From positions 8,565 through 72,564 of the IMG/VR virus record IMGVR_UViG_3300030329_005658: a stretch of DNA of 64,000 bases; one strand, given 5' to 3'. The notes below the pieces were generated by a model. The model saw only the letters and a list, made by a program, of their open reading frames with translations. It had not been told where the DNA came from and did no database searches. The position numbers and the translations under genes were made by a program. How positions within the stretch are numbered: the first letter of the stretch is position 1; each line of letters opens with the position of its first letter. Below are positions 28,412 to 36,699 of the stretch, one piece after another. Origin of the DNA: a virus.

Positions 28412-30304
28412 ATGGCTAAAAAATACAGAAAGGGTAATAACCCATACAATGAAGCAAGTGGATTATTTAAATCGCTAACAAGGCTGTTTTCAGGCCCGAT
28501 AGTCAACCGCAGAACGCAAACAGGCAGACAATTAAGACGGAGGCATTTAGATATATACGCTAATCGCTTTAAGTCTGCGACGGGCAAACAGTTTAAGAAA
28601 ACAGAATATAATCCCATGAACGTTCTCACGGTCAACATGATCTCCAATCGTAATAGGTCAGAGCGTTATGTTGATTTCGATCAAATGGAGTACGAACCGA
28701 TTATTGCTTCGGCTCTTGATATATACGCTGATGAGATGACAACATATTCAGGCCTAAATCCGATGCTTCGGATCAAGTGCCCGAATGATGAGATTAAATC
28801 AATTCTAGATTCATTGTACTTTAATGTTCTCAATATCAACCATAACTTGTTCGGATGGTCTAGAACAATGTGTAAATATGGTGATTTGTTTTTATATCTT
28901 GATATTGATGAGAAGGTTGGGATTAAGAGTGTTATTGGGTTGCCCCAACATGAAGTCGAAAGACTTGAAGGAGAGGACGAGAGCAATCCAAATTATGTCC
29001 AATACCAGTGGAATAGCGCCGGCCTGACATTAGAAAACTGGCAGGTGGCCCATTTCCGAGTATTGGGGAACGACAAGCATGTGCCTTATGGCACATCTGT
29101 CCTTGAGCCTGCTCGTCGTATTTGGAGGCAACTGACGCTTCTTGAGGACGCAATGATGGCCTATCGCATTGTTAGATCACCAGAGCGACGAGTATTTAAG
29201 ATTGATGTTGGAAATATTGCCCCTCAAGATGTAGAGCAGTATATGCAAAAGGTCATGACTCAGATGAAACGTCACCAGGTTGTTGACCCTAAAAGCGGCC
29301 GCGTGGACTTGAGATACAATCCGCTGTCTGTAGAAGAAGATTATTTTATTCCTGTTCGTGGTGGGTCTGCGTCGGAAATTACAAACTTGCCGGGTGGACA
29401 ATTTACTGGAACGGTTGAGGATGTTAAATACCTTAAGGATAAGCTCTTTGCAGCGATTAAGATTCCTCAGGCCTATCTCACAATGGGCGAGGGTGCGATG
29501 GAAGATAAGACCACATTGGCCCAAAAGGACATCCGCTTCTCAAGAACCATTCAGAGGCTACAACGAGTTGTAATTTCAGAGCTTGAGAAAATTGGTATTA
29601 TTCACCTGTTTACACTTGGGTTTAGAAGCGATGATCTTCTTTCGTTTTCTCTTCATCTTAACAATCCATCAAAAATAGCAGAATTACAAGAGCTTGAGCA
29701 TTGGAAAACAAAGTTTGAAGCCGCCGGAGCAGCCACAGAAGGATACTTCTCTAAGCGCTGGGTAGCGGAGCATATGCTTGGCATCTCAGAAGAAGAGTTT
29801 ATTCGAAACCAGAGAGAGATGTTTCATGATATGAAATTTGCTACCCAACTTCAAGGAGGGGAAGCAGAAGCCGCCGGTGGTGATTTGGGAGATCTTGGAG
29901 GCGGAGACTTGGGAGGTGGTCTTGGCGATCTTGGCGGTCTGGCCGGAGAAGACGCATCCCCTGAAGCAGAGCCACCAGCAGACGAAGAGGAGGATATTTT
30001 ATTAGCAGAGCCCCCAGCAAAACGAGATGATGCCCCTCAGTATAAGCGAGGCAAATACAAAAGGCACAAGAGTACTTATAATAAAGGCGGCAGAAAAAAG
30101 AATATTAAGAATCAAGCAACGGGCGAGTATGGCAATACTAATAGAAGTATGTGGATGGGAGCGTCTGAATTAAGACAGTTATCAAAAGGAATCACTGAAT
30201 CTCACCAACTTGAAGAAAATAAACTATTTAATACAAAACATGAAGTAAGCAAGTTGCTTTATGGCTTGCTAAAAAAGGAGAATAAAGATCATGAAACACA
30301 ATAA
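28412..30304 (+). CDS. Portal protein (T4 gp20-like)
   Basis: LLEDAMMAYRIVRSPERRVFKIDVGN, EEDYFIP, LPGG. Confidence 0.95.
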   Translation: MAKKYRKGNNPYNEASGLFKSLTRLFSGPIVNRRTQTGRQLRRRHLDIYANRFKSATGKQFKKTEYNPMNVLTVNMISNRNRSERYVDFDQMEYEPIIASALDIYADEMTTYSGLNPMLRIKCPNDEIKSILDSLYFNVLNINHNLFGWSRTMCKYGDLFLYLDIDEKVGIKSVIGLPQHEVERLEGEDESNPNYVQYQWNSAGLTLENWQVAHFRVLGNDKHVPYGTSVLEPARRIWRQLTLLEDAMMAYRIVRSPERRVFKIDVGNIAPQDVEQYMQKVMTQMKRHQVVDPKSGRVDLRYNPLSVEEDYFIPVRGGSASEITNLPGGQFTGTVEDVKYLKDKLFAAIKIPQAYLTMGEGAMEDKTTLAQKDIRFSRTIQRLQRVVISELEKIGIIHLFTLGFRSDDLLSFSLHLNNPSKIAELQELEHWKTKFEAAGAATEGYFSKRWVAEHMLGISEEEFIRNQREMFHDMKFATQLQGGEAEAAGGDLGDLGGGDLGGGLGDLGGLAGEDASPEAEPPADEEEDILLAEPPAKRDDAPQYKRGKYKRHKSTYNKGGRKKNIKNQATGEYGNTNRSMWMGASELRQLSKGITESHQLEENKLFNTKHEVSKLLYGLLKKENKDHETQ

Positions 30305-31106
30305 GAAAAGAAATACCGCTTTTCTTTATGAATGCCTTGTAAAGGAATTGACAAAAGCAATTGTTAGAAAGGAGAGTAAAAGGAAAAATAAAATCATTAA
30401 TATTTTAAAAGATAATTTTAAAAAAGGGTCTGCGCTTAAAGCAGAGCTTGATGTTTATAAATCGATTACTGAGTGTAAAAAACTTTCAAAGGACTTTGCG
30501 AGGCGACTCCTTGTGGAAACTAAAAAAGATTTTGACTCTATTGATAAGAGAAGGGTCTTCAACGAGCAGACTAATCTCATTAAGCAGATTAATGAATCTC
30601 TATCGAATAACGTATTCGCCAATTTTATTTCAAATTATAAAAACATTGCTTCTGTCGGGCAATATTTTCAATCCAATGACCTTAAAGCCAAGAGTCGTCT
30701 TTTGGTCGAGACAAGAGTTATGAATTTGCTGACCTCCGAAAAGAAACCAGAAGAGAAAATGCGGCATATTGATAATTTAACCTATAAGACCTTCACTGAT
30801 AAATTTAACAAGACGTATAATAAGTCTCTAAGACAAGAGCAGAAAGATTTGTTGATGAATTATATTGTTTCATTTTCTGACAACGGGTTGGCCCTTAAAT
30901 CGTTCTTAAACGAGGAAATTTTGCGTCTTAAAAATACCCTTAGGGAACATACCAAAAAAGAAAAAATCGCTAAAAATAAGGCCTTTTTGGCGAAAACAGA
31001 GCAAGTTTTAAACAAGCTTGAAAGTTTCAAGGGTATTCCAATCTCTGAGGAGATGGTCAAGGATGTGTTCTATATCCAAGATCTTGTTTTGGAGGTGGAA
31101 AAATAA
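30291..31106 (+). CDS. Hypothetical head-module protein
   Basis: 271-aa Lys-rich helical ORF after the portal; AAGGAG RBS. Confidence 0.7.
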   Translation: MKHNKKRNTAFLYECLVKELTKAIVRKESKRKNKIINILKDNFKKGSALKAELDVYKSITECKKLSKDFARRLLVETKKDFDSIDKRRVFNEQTNLIKQINESLSNNVFANFISNYKNIASVGQYFQSNDLKAKSRLLVETRVMNLLTSEKKPEEKMRHIDNLTYKTFTDKFNKTYNKSLRQEQKDLLMNYIVSFSDNGLALKSFLNEEILRLKNTLREHTKKEKIAKNKAFLAKTEQVLNKLESFKGIPISEEMVKDVFYIQDLVLEVEK

Positions 31107-31693
31107 TGGCAATCAAAGTTAAAGTTGAGCAGCCTCAGTTGCCCCCAATTAAAGTTAAACTAACAGAGCCAATCAAAGTTAAGGTCACAGACCCGAGCAA
31201 ACGTGTTGTTGAATTTAAACTGATGCTCCGCAGGGCTCTTAACGGTGACCTCATGATTTTTGATCATTCAGATATTGATATCGTTATAATGCCTGAAAAA
31301 AAGAAAATCATTGCTTTTGCCAAAGACCTTATGACTGAATCTGTTTACGGCGCTGAAAATCGACTCTTGGAGCATTTAAAAAGAAAGGGCATTATAGCTA
31401 TTGACTCAATCCAGGGTGGTAACGTATACGGCTCTCTTGAGGCGCAAATTCATGAATCCAATGAGCTTGACCCGATTAAAGCAACTCTTTACGAGGTGAG
31501 TCAGTGGATGGACCAAGAGCGTCCGTATTTTAAATCCAGGCAGGCCTTTGATGATATGATGGATGATCACCTCGTAGATCCAAGCGACGAAGAATCGACA
31601 GAGTTGGGTGAGGTTCCCCATGAAGAGCAAAAGGGATCAATTTTGCAACGTGGATTGTTTGCGCCCTATTTATATGGTAAATACACATACTAA
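31106..31693 (+). CDS. Hypothetical protein
   Basis: 195-aa ORF; three IKVK repeats at the N-terminus; GGAGG RBS. Confidence 0.7.
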   Translation: MAIKVKVEQPQLPPIKVKLTEPIKVKVTDPSKRVVEFKLMLRRALNGDLMIFDHSDIDIVIMPEKKKIIAFAKDLMTESVYGAENRLLEHLKRKGIIAIDSIQGGNVYGSLEAQIHESNELDPIKATLYEVSQWMDQERPYFKSRQAFDDMMDDHLVDPSDEESTELGEVPHEEQKGSILQRGLFAPYLYGKYTY

Positions 31694-31707
31694 AGGAGAT
31701 TATTATC

Positions 31708-32547
31708 ATGAAATTAACAAATAAGATGTTAGAACGATATATTAGAGAGGAAATTCAAAAAGAAGGATTTTTTGGAGATATTGTTTCAAAAGGCAAAAAA
31801 ATGATTGGCATGGGAGGCTTAGGTCTTGAACAAGAATTGGATAGATTGGAGACTAACTTGCAAAAATTAATTGATGCATCACCGGGGCTAAAGATGATTA
31901 ACTGGGGCTTTTTAAACGTGGTTCCTATTGATAGTCGTATCGCCAAAAGATTTGGGACTGTTCATGGCGGTGATGAAGGTCAAATTTTAAGATATATTAA
32001 ATCTAGAGGCAGTGGGTCTAATTGGAAAAGAACAATGTCTGTTCCTGGGGCGGCTCAAAATAATATGTATAGATTGGCTCAATATTTAGCACATGGCACA
32101 CAATCAGGCGCAATGAGTGGGTATTCTGGGGAAGGGCAATCTGGAAAAGATATCTCAAAAGTGATGAATAAGTTTAGAAGCAAACACGCAGAAAAATTTG
32201 GTTTAAGAAATTACTACAACCTATCATATATGACAGGTATGGCCATAGAACACATTAAGGCGCATATTTCTAAATTAGAGGCAAACGAAATGGGACACGG
32301 GCAGGCCGTAAAAGATGCACTTTCAGAAATGAATGAAAAAATAGAGAAATTAATTAAAAATTTAGCTATGTATTTGAAAAAATTAGCCTCTTATATTGGC
32401 ACTAGATTGGGAGCAGCGAAAGCATCGAGACAACAAGGGACACCCATAGAGCCAGTTTACGGCTTAGGGAAAACTGTTCCATATGGGGCTGCTGCTCAAG
32501 CCAAGGAGTGGGCTGAAAAAACCTCTGGTATATTGGGAATATCTTAA
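31708..32547 (+). CDS. Putative internal head protein
   Basis: N-terminus MKLTNKMLERYIREEIQKE is shared with 32978..33457. Confidence 0.55.
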   Translation: MKLTNKMLERYIREEIQKEGFFGDIVSKGKKMIGMGGLGLEQELDRLETNLQKLIDASPGLKMINWGFLNVVPIDSRIAKRFGTVHGGDEGQILRYIKSRGSGSNWKRTMSVPGAAQNNMYRLAQYLAHGTQSGAMSGYSGEGQSGKDISKVMNKFRSKHAEKFGLRNYYNLSYMTGMAIEHIKAHISKLEANEMGHGQAVKDALSEMNEKIEKLIKNLAMYLKKLASYIGTRLGAAKASRQQGTPIEPVYGLGKTVPYGAAAQAKEWAEKTSGILGIS

Positions 32548-32565
32548 TAAACAATAGGAAGATTA

Positions 32566-32886
32566 ATGAATTTACTTTACTTTATTCTAGCCTCGTATGG
32601 CATGACCTTTATTCTGGTATACGGCAAGATATTTGAAGATGTAAGGCCCAAAAAGGACTATACAAAAAAGTGGAATACCTTATGGCATTGTCCTCTTTGT
32701 TTGGGATTCTGGGTCGGATGTTTCTTATTTTTGATAAATGGTTTCACCGAACTATTTACTTTCGAGTATTCAATCGCAAACTTTTTTATTTGTGGTTGTA
32801 TCTCAGCCGGGTCATCTTATTTCCTATCAATGATAGTAAAAGACGAAGGCATCAATGTTAACCATATAGGAGTTGGTCATGACTAA
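32566..32886 (+). CDS. Membrane protein, DUF1360-like
   Basis: Three hydrophobic segments; HCPLCLGFW motif. Confidence 0.65.
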   Translation: MNLLYFILASYGMTFILVYGKIFEDVRPKKDYTKKWNTLWHCPLCLGFWVGCFLFLINGFTELFTFEYSIANFFICGCISAGSSYFLSMIVKDEGINVNHIGVGHD

Positions 32887-32932
32887 GAAATGGATGCTTC
32901 AACCAGTGAGACGTTGCTGTAGCGGAAGCTGA
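32879..32932 (+). CDS. Possible 17-aa peptide MTKKWMLQPVRRCCSGS
   Basis: AGGAG RBS at 32868-72; overlaps the upstream stop; followed by a hairpin. Confidence 0.45.
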   Translation: MTKKWMLQPVRRCCSGS

Positions 32933-32935
32933 ATC

Positions 32936-32963
32936 GTGGGGGTTGCGCCCCCCACATTTTTTT
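32936..32963 (+). terminator. Rho-independent terminator
   Basis: GTGGGGG/CCCCCAC stem followed by a T run. Confidence 0.7.
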
Positions 32964-32977
32964 AAGGAATTATTAAA

Positions 32978-33457
32978 GTGAAATTAACTAAGAAATTATT
33001 GGAACAATATATTAGAAAAGCGATGAAAGAGTCTAGGTGGGATCGGAGAGGCTACAGCCAATCCGCGGAAAGAAGACGTGAAATGAATATTGGCACTGGG
33101 GCAAGCCCCGGACCACAATCCGATTGGTATGTTGACGATAATTATGAGCCACCACCTGCGCCCATCTACAAATCTCATATTGAGAGAGCGCAGAGAATTG
33201 CGGCTGGAAATAAAATGACAGTGCAATTGATGGTCGATCAGTGTATAGAGTTAGCTCCCACAGTGCAAGACGAAGATCGTGAGCCAACGATAGAGCATAT
33301 CGCTGCCGAGGTTGCTGCTAAAATATCATCACAAAGGCGCTATACGATAACAAAAGAAGACCTTCTAACACCCACTCATCGCCGAACAATCGGAAATTTG
33401 CTGGATGCGGCCATTAAGGATCACCGAGGTATACCTTTAGAGCCGAGGAAGACCTAA
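32978..33457 (+). CDS. Putative internal head protein
   Basis: GTG start; MKLTKKLLEQYIRKAMKES N-terminus. Confidence 0.55.
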   Translation: MKLTKKLLEQYIRKAMKESRWDRRGYSQSAERRREMNIGTGASPGPQSDWYVDDNYEPPPAPIYKSHIERAQRIAAGNKMTVQLMVDQCIELAPTVQDEDREPTIEHIAAEVAAKISSQRRYTITKEDLLTPTHRRTIGNLLDAAIKDHRGIPLEPRKT

Positions 33458-33458
33458 C

Positions 33459-34082
33459 ATGCCAAAGCAATTACTAACAGAATTTTATGAATTATGTAAA
33501 GACGGGGTCTGCCAAGACCTCCTAACCGAGAGAGAAAAAAGAGAGGTGCAAAATGGCGCACTTTACCTTTCCGGACGAATGCAGACCTGTGAGATGAAGA
33601 ACGGAAACGGAAGAATTTATCCTTGCGATGTTCTCAGAAAGGAAATACAAAATTACCAAACTGTCATCAAAGACAACAGGGCACTCGGAGAATTAGACCA
33701 CCCAGACGACTCTGTTATTAATTTAAGAAATGTGTCTCATGTTGTAACCGACATGTGGTGGGAAGGTAAGGATGTCATGGGCAAGATTAAGATTCTTGAC
33801 ACCCCTTCCGGTAAAATTTTGAAAGGCCTCATTCATTCTGGAATCAAACTTGGGATATCCAGTAGAGGGTTGGGCTCGGTTAAGGAGTCAGCCCAAGGCA
33901 CGATTGTCCAAGAGGACTTCGAGCTAATTTGTTTTGATATTGTATCCGAGCCTTCAACTCCAAATGCTTATATTTATCCCGACGGACAATCGGAAAAAAC
34001 ATTTAAAGTATATGAGAACAAAATAAATCAGAAAAGTGATCTAATTATAAACGATTTATTTAATAAAATTTTGAGAGACTAA
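33459..34082 (+). CDS. Prohead core protease (T4 gp21-like)
   Basis: NGNGRIYP, GELDHP, GISSRGLGS, DIVSEPSTPNA. Confidence 0.95.
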   Translation: MPKQLLTEFYELCKDGVCQDLLTEREKREVQNGALYLSGRMQTCEMKNGNGRIYPCDVLRKEIQNYQTVIKDNRALGELDHPDDSVINLRNVSHVVTDMWWEGKDVMGKIKILDTPSGKILKGLIHSGIKLGISSRGLGSVKESAQGTIVQEDFELICFDIVSEPSTPNAYIYPDGQSEKTFKVYENKINQKSDLIINDLFNKILRD

Positions 34083-34489
34083 TGGACAAAAAACAACTTA
34101 AAAGGGTTTTAAGACCCTTGATCAAAGAATGTATTAGGGAGGTTTTGTTTGAAGAGAAAGGCGCCCTATCTCACATTATAAACGAAGTCGCCACTGGGCT
34201 TGGCACCACAACAAAACAAGTCGTCAAGGAAGCTGCCCCTCCGCCACCGAAACAGAATAATACAGAAAGCTTAAGAGAGCACAAGAAAAAACTTCTTAAT
34301 GCTATAGGGGCCGACGCTTACAGAGGCATTAACATCTTCGAGGGAACAACTCCGATGGATAACCCTGGTGGCCCTTCTGCGGCAGGGGCGCTATCTGATG
34401 TCGCCCCAAATGATCCGGGGGTAGATATTTCAAATTTGTTTGGCAACAAGTCTTCTGCCATATTTAATAAAATGATGGAGAAGAAATAA
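34082..34489 (+). CDS. Hypothetical head-module protein
   Basis: MDKKQLKRVLRPLIKECIREVLFEE; coupled to both neighbours. Confidence 0.65.
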   Translation: MDKKQLKRVLRPLIKECIREVLFEEKGALSHIINEVATGLGTTTKQVVKEAAPPPPKQNNTESLREHKKKLLNAIGADAYRGINIFEGTTPMDNPGGPSAAGALSDVAPNDPGVDISNLFGNKSSAIFNKMMEKK

Positions 34490-34695
34490 TGGCAACAAAT
34501 TATATAGTTTATCCAAGACGGAATGAGAGTCCTGAGCGCCTGATCAAGCGATTCGGAAAAAAGGTCAAGAAACTTGGCATTATTGATGATTATAGAGAAA
34601 AGCAAAGATATATGAAACCTTCTGAGAAAAGAAGACGTGCTAAAAAACGATCTGATAGAAGAAGGGCAAAAGAATTAGCAAAACAAAAAAGATAA
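34489..34695 (+). CDS. rpsU: Phage-encoded ribosomal protein bS21
   Basis: ESPERLIKRFGKKVKKLGIIDDYREKQRYMKPSEKRRR matches the bS21 pattern; 68 aa, very basic. Confidence 0.85.
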   Translation: MATNYIVYPRRNESPERLIKRFGKKVKKLGIIDDYREKQRYMKPSEKRRRAKKRSDRRRAKELAKQKR

Positions 34696-34702
34696 CTATT
34701 TA
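34696..34702 (+). promoter_or_regulatory. Putative late promoter CTATTTA
   Basis: Recurrent intergenic motif, 21 nt before the ATG. Confidence 0.6.
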
Positions 34703-34723
34703 TAGGAAGTTGGAGATTTTATT

Positions 34724-35122
34724 ATGTCAAATTATGTAGCACAAAGCTGGGGGAGAACAAGAAGCCCTAAAAATATAGCTGGTAAACAAGGCACGGCGGC
34801 AACAGTTATTGACCACGGTGCATCGTTTAGTGGAATAACGGCGACTGATGGAACTGCTGGGTATGTAACTGAAAACCAAAGATATCTTCATGTGACTGTG
34901 GATGTTGGTGGCGGAAATCCCGGAAGGGATATAGAGGTTGCGGTTTATAATCATGCGTCTGGCCAGTGGGCGGAATTTACTGTGATAGACTGTGATGCGA
35001 TTACTGTTAATACCACATATGTGATAGAGATTTATGGCGCTGATAGAGTTGGATTAAAACGAGCCGGGGGTACTTGGACAAATGCGCCAACTGCTGTTTA
35101 CGCTGCTTGTAGTACTTTTTAA
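34724..35122 (+). CDS. Hypothetical virion protein (beta-rich)
   Basis: 132-aa ORF; GGAG RBS; late motif upstream. Confidence 0.6.
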   Translation: MSNYVAQSWGRTRSPKNIAGKQGTAATVIDHGASFSGITATDGTAGYVTENQRYLHVTVDVGGGNPGRDIEVAVYNHASGQWAEFTVIDCDAITVNTTYVIEIYGADRVGLKRAGGTWTNAPTAVYAACSTF

Positions 35123-35134
35123 CGGAATTATATA

Positions 35135-35743
35135 ATGGGTGAATTTGGATGGGCATATTTAAATGATGTAATAACTGGGCAAGGCCCTGAAGGCGCCTTA
35201 CAGTACGTCTCTGGTACTTCTGGGATGATTTCTGGGAGCAATAAGTTTGTATATAATAATGCCAGCAGCACACTGTCGTTAACAGGCAGCATGATTATCA
35301 GCGGCACGCTTCAAGCCCACACATTTGATGTTGTTCATACCAACAAGATTGAGCTTAACTCCAGTGGGAGTACCAATTTTGGCAACGATTCATCGGATAC
35401 ACATGTCTTTACTGGTTCGGTTTCTATTGTTTCTGGAGGGGTCAAGCAAGCTTATCACAAGCTAGTCGCTTCTTCCTATACTGTAACAACAGCCAATTCT
35501 ATAATAGGTGTTAGTTCAAGTGCCTACGTATCCATCCAATTGCCATCGGCTTCTGTTGTCGGTGCTGGTCATACTTTAATCATTAAAGATGAGTATAATG
35601 CTACAAGAGTCACAGCTACTCAAATAGTAGTATCAGCCTCTGGTGGGAATACAATAGACCATGCAACTACTTATAGTATAACTGGGGATAGCGCAGCCCT
35701 CACCCTTTATAGTGATGGCACGACGAATTGGTTTATTTACTAA
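35135..35743 (+). CDS. Fibre-like virion protein
   Basis: G/S/T-rich; C-terminal LP...G...IKDE..TID...WFIY module. Confidence 0.65.
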   Translation: MGEFGWAYLNDVITGQGPEGALQYVSGTSGMISGSNKFVYNNASSTLSLTGSMIISGTLQAHTFDVVHTNKIELNSSGSTNFGNDSSDTHVFTGSVSIVSGGVKQAYHKLVASSYTVTTANSIIGVSSSAYVSIQLPSASVVGAGHTLIIKDEYNATRVTATQIVVSASGGNTIDHATTYSITGDSAALTLYSDGTTNWFIY

Positions 35744-35758
35744 AGGGAGGCTTGATGA

Positions 35759-36613
35759 ATGGGTTACAACGTATTAAGCGGAAGTACCTCTGCAATCGGT
35801 GTAATTTCTAGTGGGTCCTTTATTGGTGACGGCTCTGGGCTTGAGAATGTAAAGCAGTTTGAATTATATAATGCTGGTGATACTAGAATACCATTTTATA
35901 AAGTAGTAAATGCCGAATATACCCTGGATGCTGATTCTGTTTTTACGTATAATACGTCTACCGATACAGTTAATATCCCACATCTAAATGCCTCCAAGGG
36001 AATAACGGGATCAGCAGGCATGATCATGTCTGGTAACATTGTTCTGACAGGGTCTTTTTTACCAGGGCAAAGCAATGTATATGACTTAGGATCACCCAGT
36101 AAGCAGTGGAAGTCTTTATATGTTTCAAGCAGTACAATTTACTTTGGGGGAGAAGCGCTTAGTGTTAAAGACGGCAGCATGAAATTCGGTTCCGGTAGCG
36201 CCACAAAGGGTTTCCATGTTGGGCACATGCATCTTCTTGATCGCGGCATTGTTATGGACCCCAATAGGGTATTTCAAATGAAGGCCTTTCAAATGCAGTT
36301 TCACGGAGGCCTTGCTTATAAAAGAAATGTTGTTTCTTGGGATTATCAAGTGCTGAAAACAGATTATATGATAGGCATTCAGAGCAACACACTAACAGCC
36401 TCAGTCAGATTAACTTTGCCTGATGCGAGTATTTGTGTACCAGGACAGACATTTATTTTTAAGGATGAGGGTGGAAATTGTCATACCCACAATATTGTAA
36501 TAAGTACGTCAAACGGCGACCAAATTGATGGAAACACTGTTATTACATTAGAAAGTCCATACTCTTCTGTTAATATTTACACAAACGGAATTAATAAGTA
36601 CTTTATCTACTGA
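35759..36613 (+). CDS. Fibre-like virion protein
   Basis: YDLGSPSKQWKSLYVS; C-terminal LP..GQTFIFKDEGG..IDG..LESP module. Confidence 0.65.
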   Translation: MGYNVLSGSTSAIGVISSGSFIGDGSGLENVKQFELYNAGDTRIPFYKVVNAEYTLDADSVFTYNTSTDTVNIPHLNASKGITGSAGMIMSGNIVLTGSFLPGQSNVYDLGSPSKQWKSLYVSSSTIYFGGEALSVKDGSMKFGSGSATKGFHVGHMHLLDRGIVMDPNRVFQMKAFQMQFHGGLAYKRNVVSWDYQVLKTDYMIGIQSNTLTASVRLTLPDASICVPGQTFIFKDEGGNCHTHNIVISTSNGDQIDGNTVITLESPYSSVNIYTNGINKYFIY

Positions 36614-36643
36614 TCAGAAGTGTTTCTGTTGGGTAATATTAGC

Positions 36644-36650
36644 CTATTTA
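36644..36650 (+). promoter_or_regulatory. Putative late promoter CTATTTA, followed by hairpin AAGGCC-TGCG-GGCCTT
   Basis: Recurrent intergenic motif. Confidence 0.6.
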
Positions 36651-36699
36651 TAATCGAAGGCCTGCGGGCCTTTTAGTCTATATTTTGGAGGATTATAAT

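Noticed and set aside
29870-29950. GGDLG low-complexity repeats in the portal C-terminus
   Set aside because: Ordinary disordered tail; no exact DNA tandem repeat.
32930-32963. Selenocysteine TGA + SECIS
   Set aside because: The hairpin is followed by a T run and fits an intrinsic terminator; read-through would add only about 10 residues.
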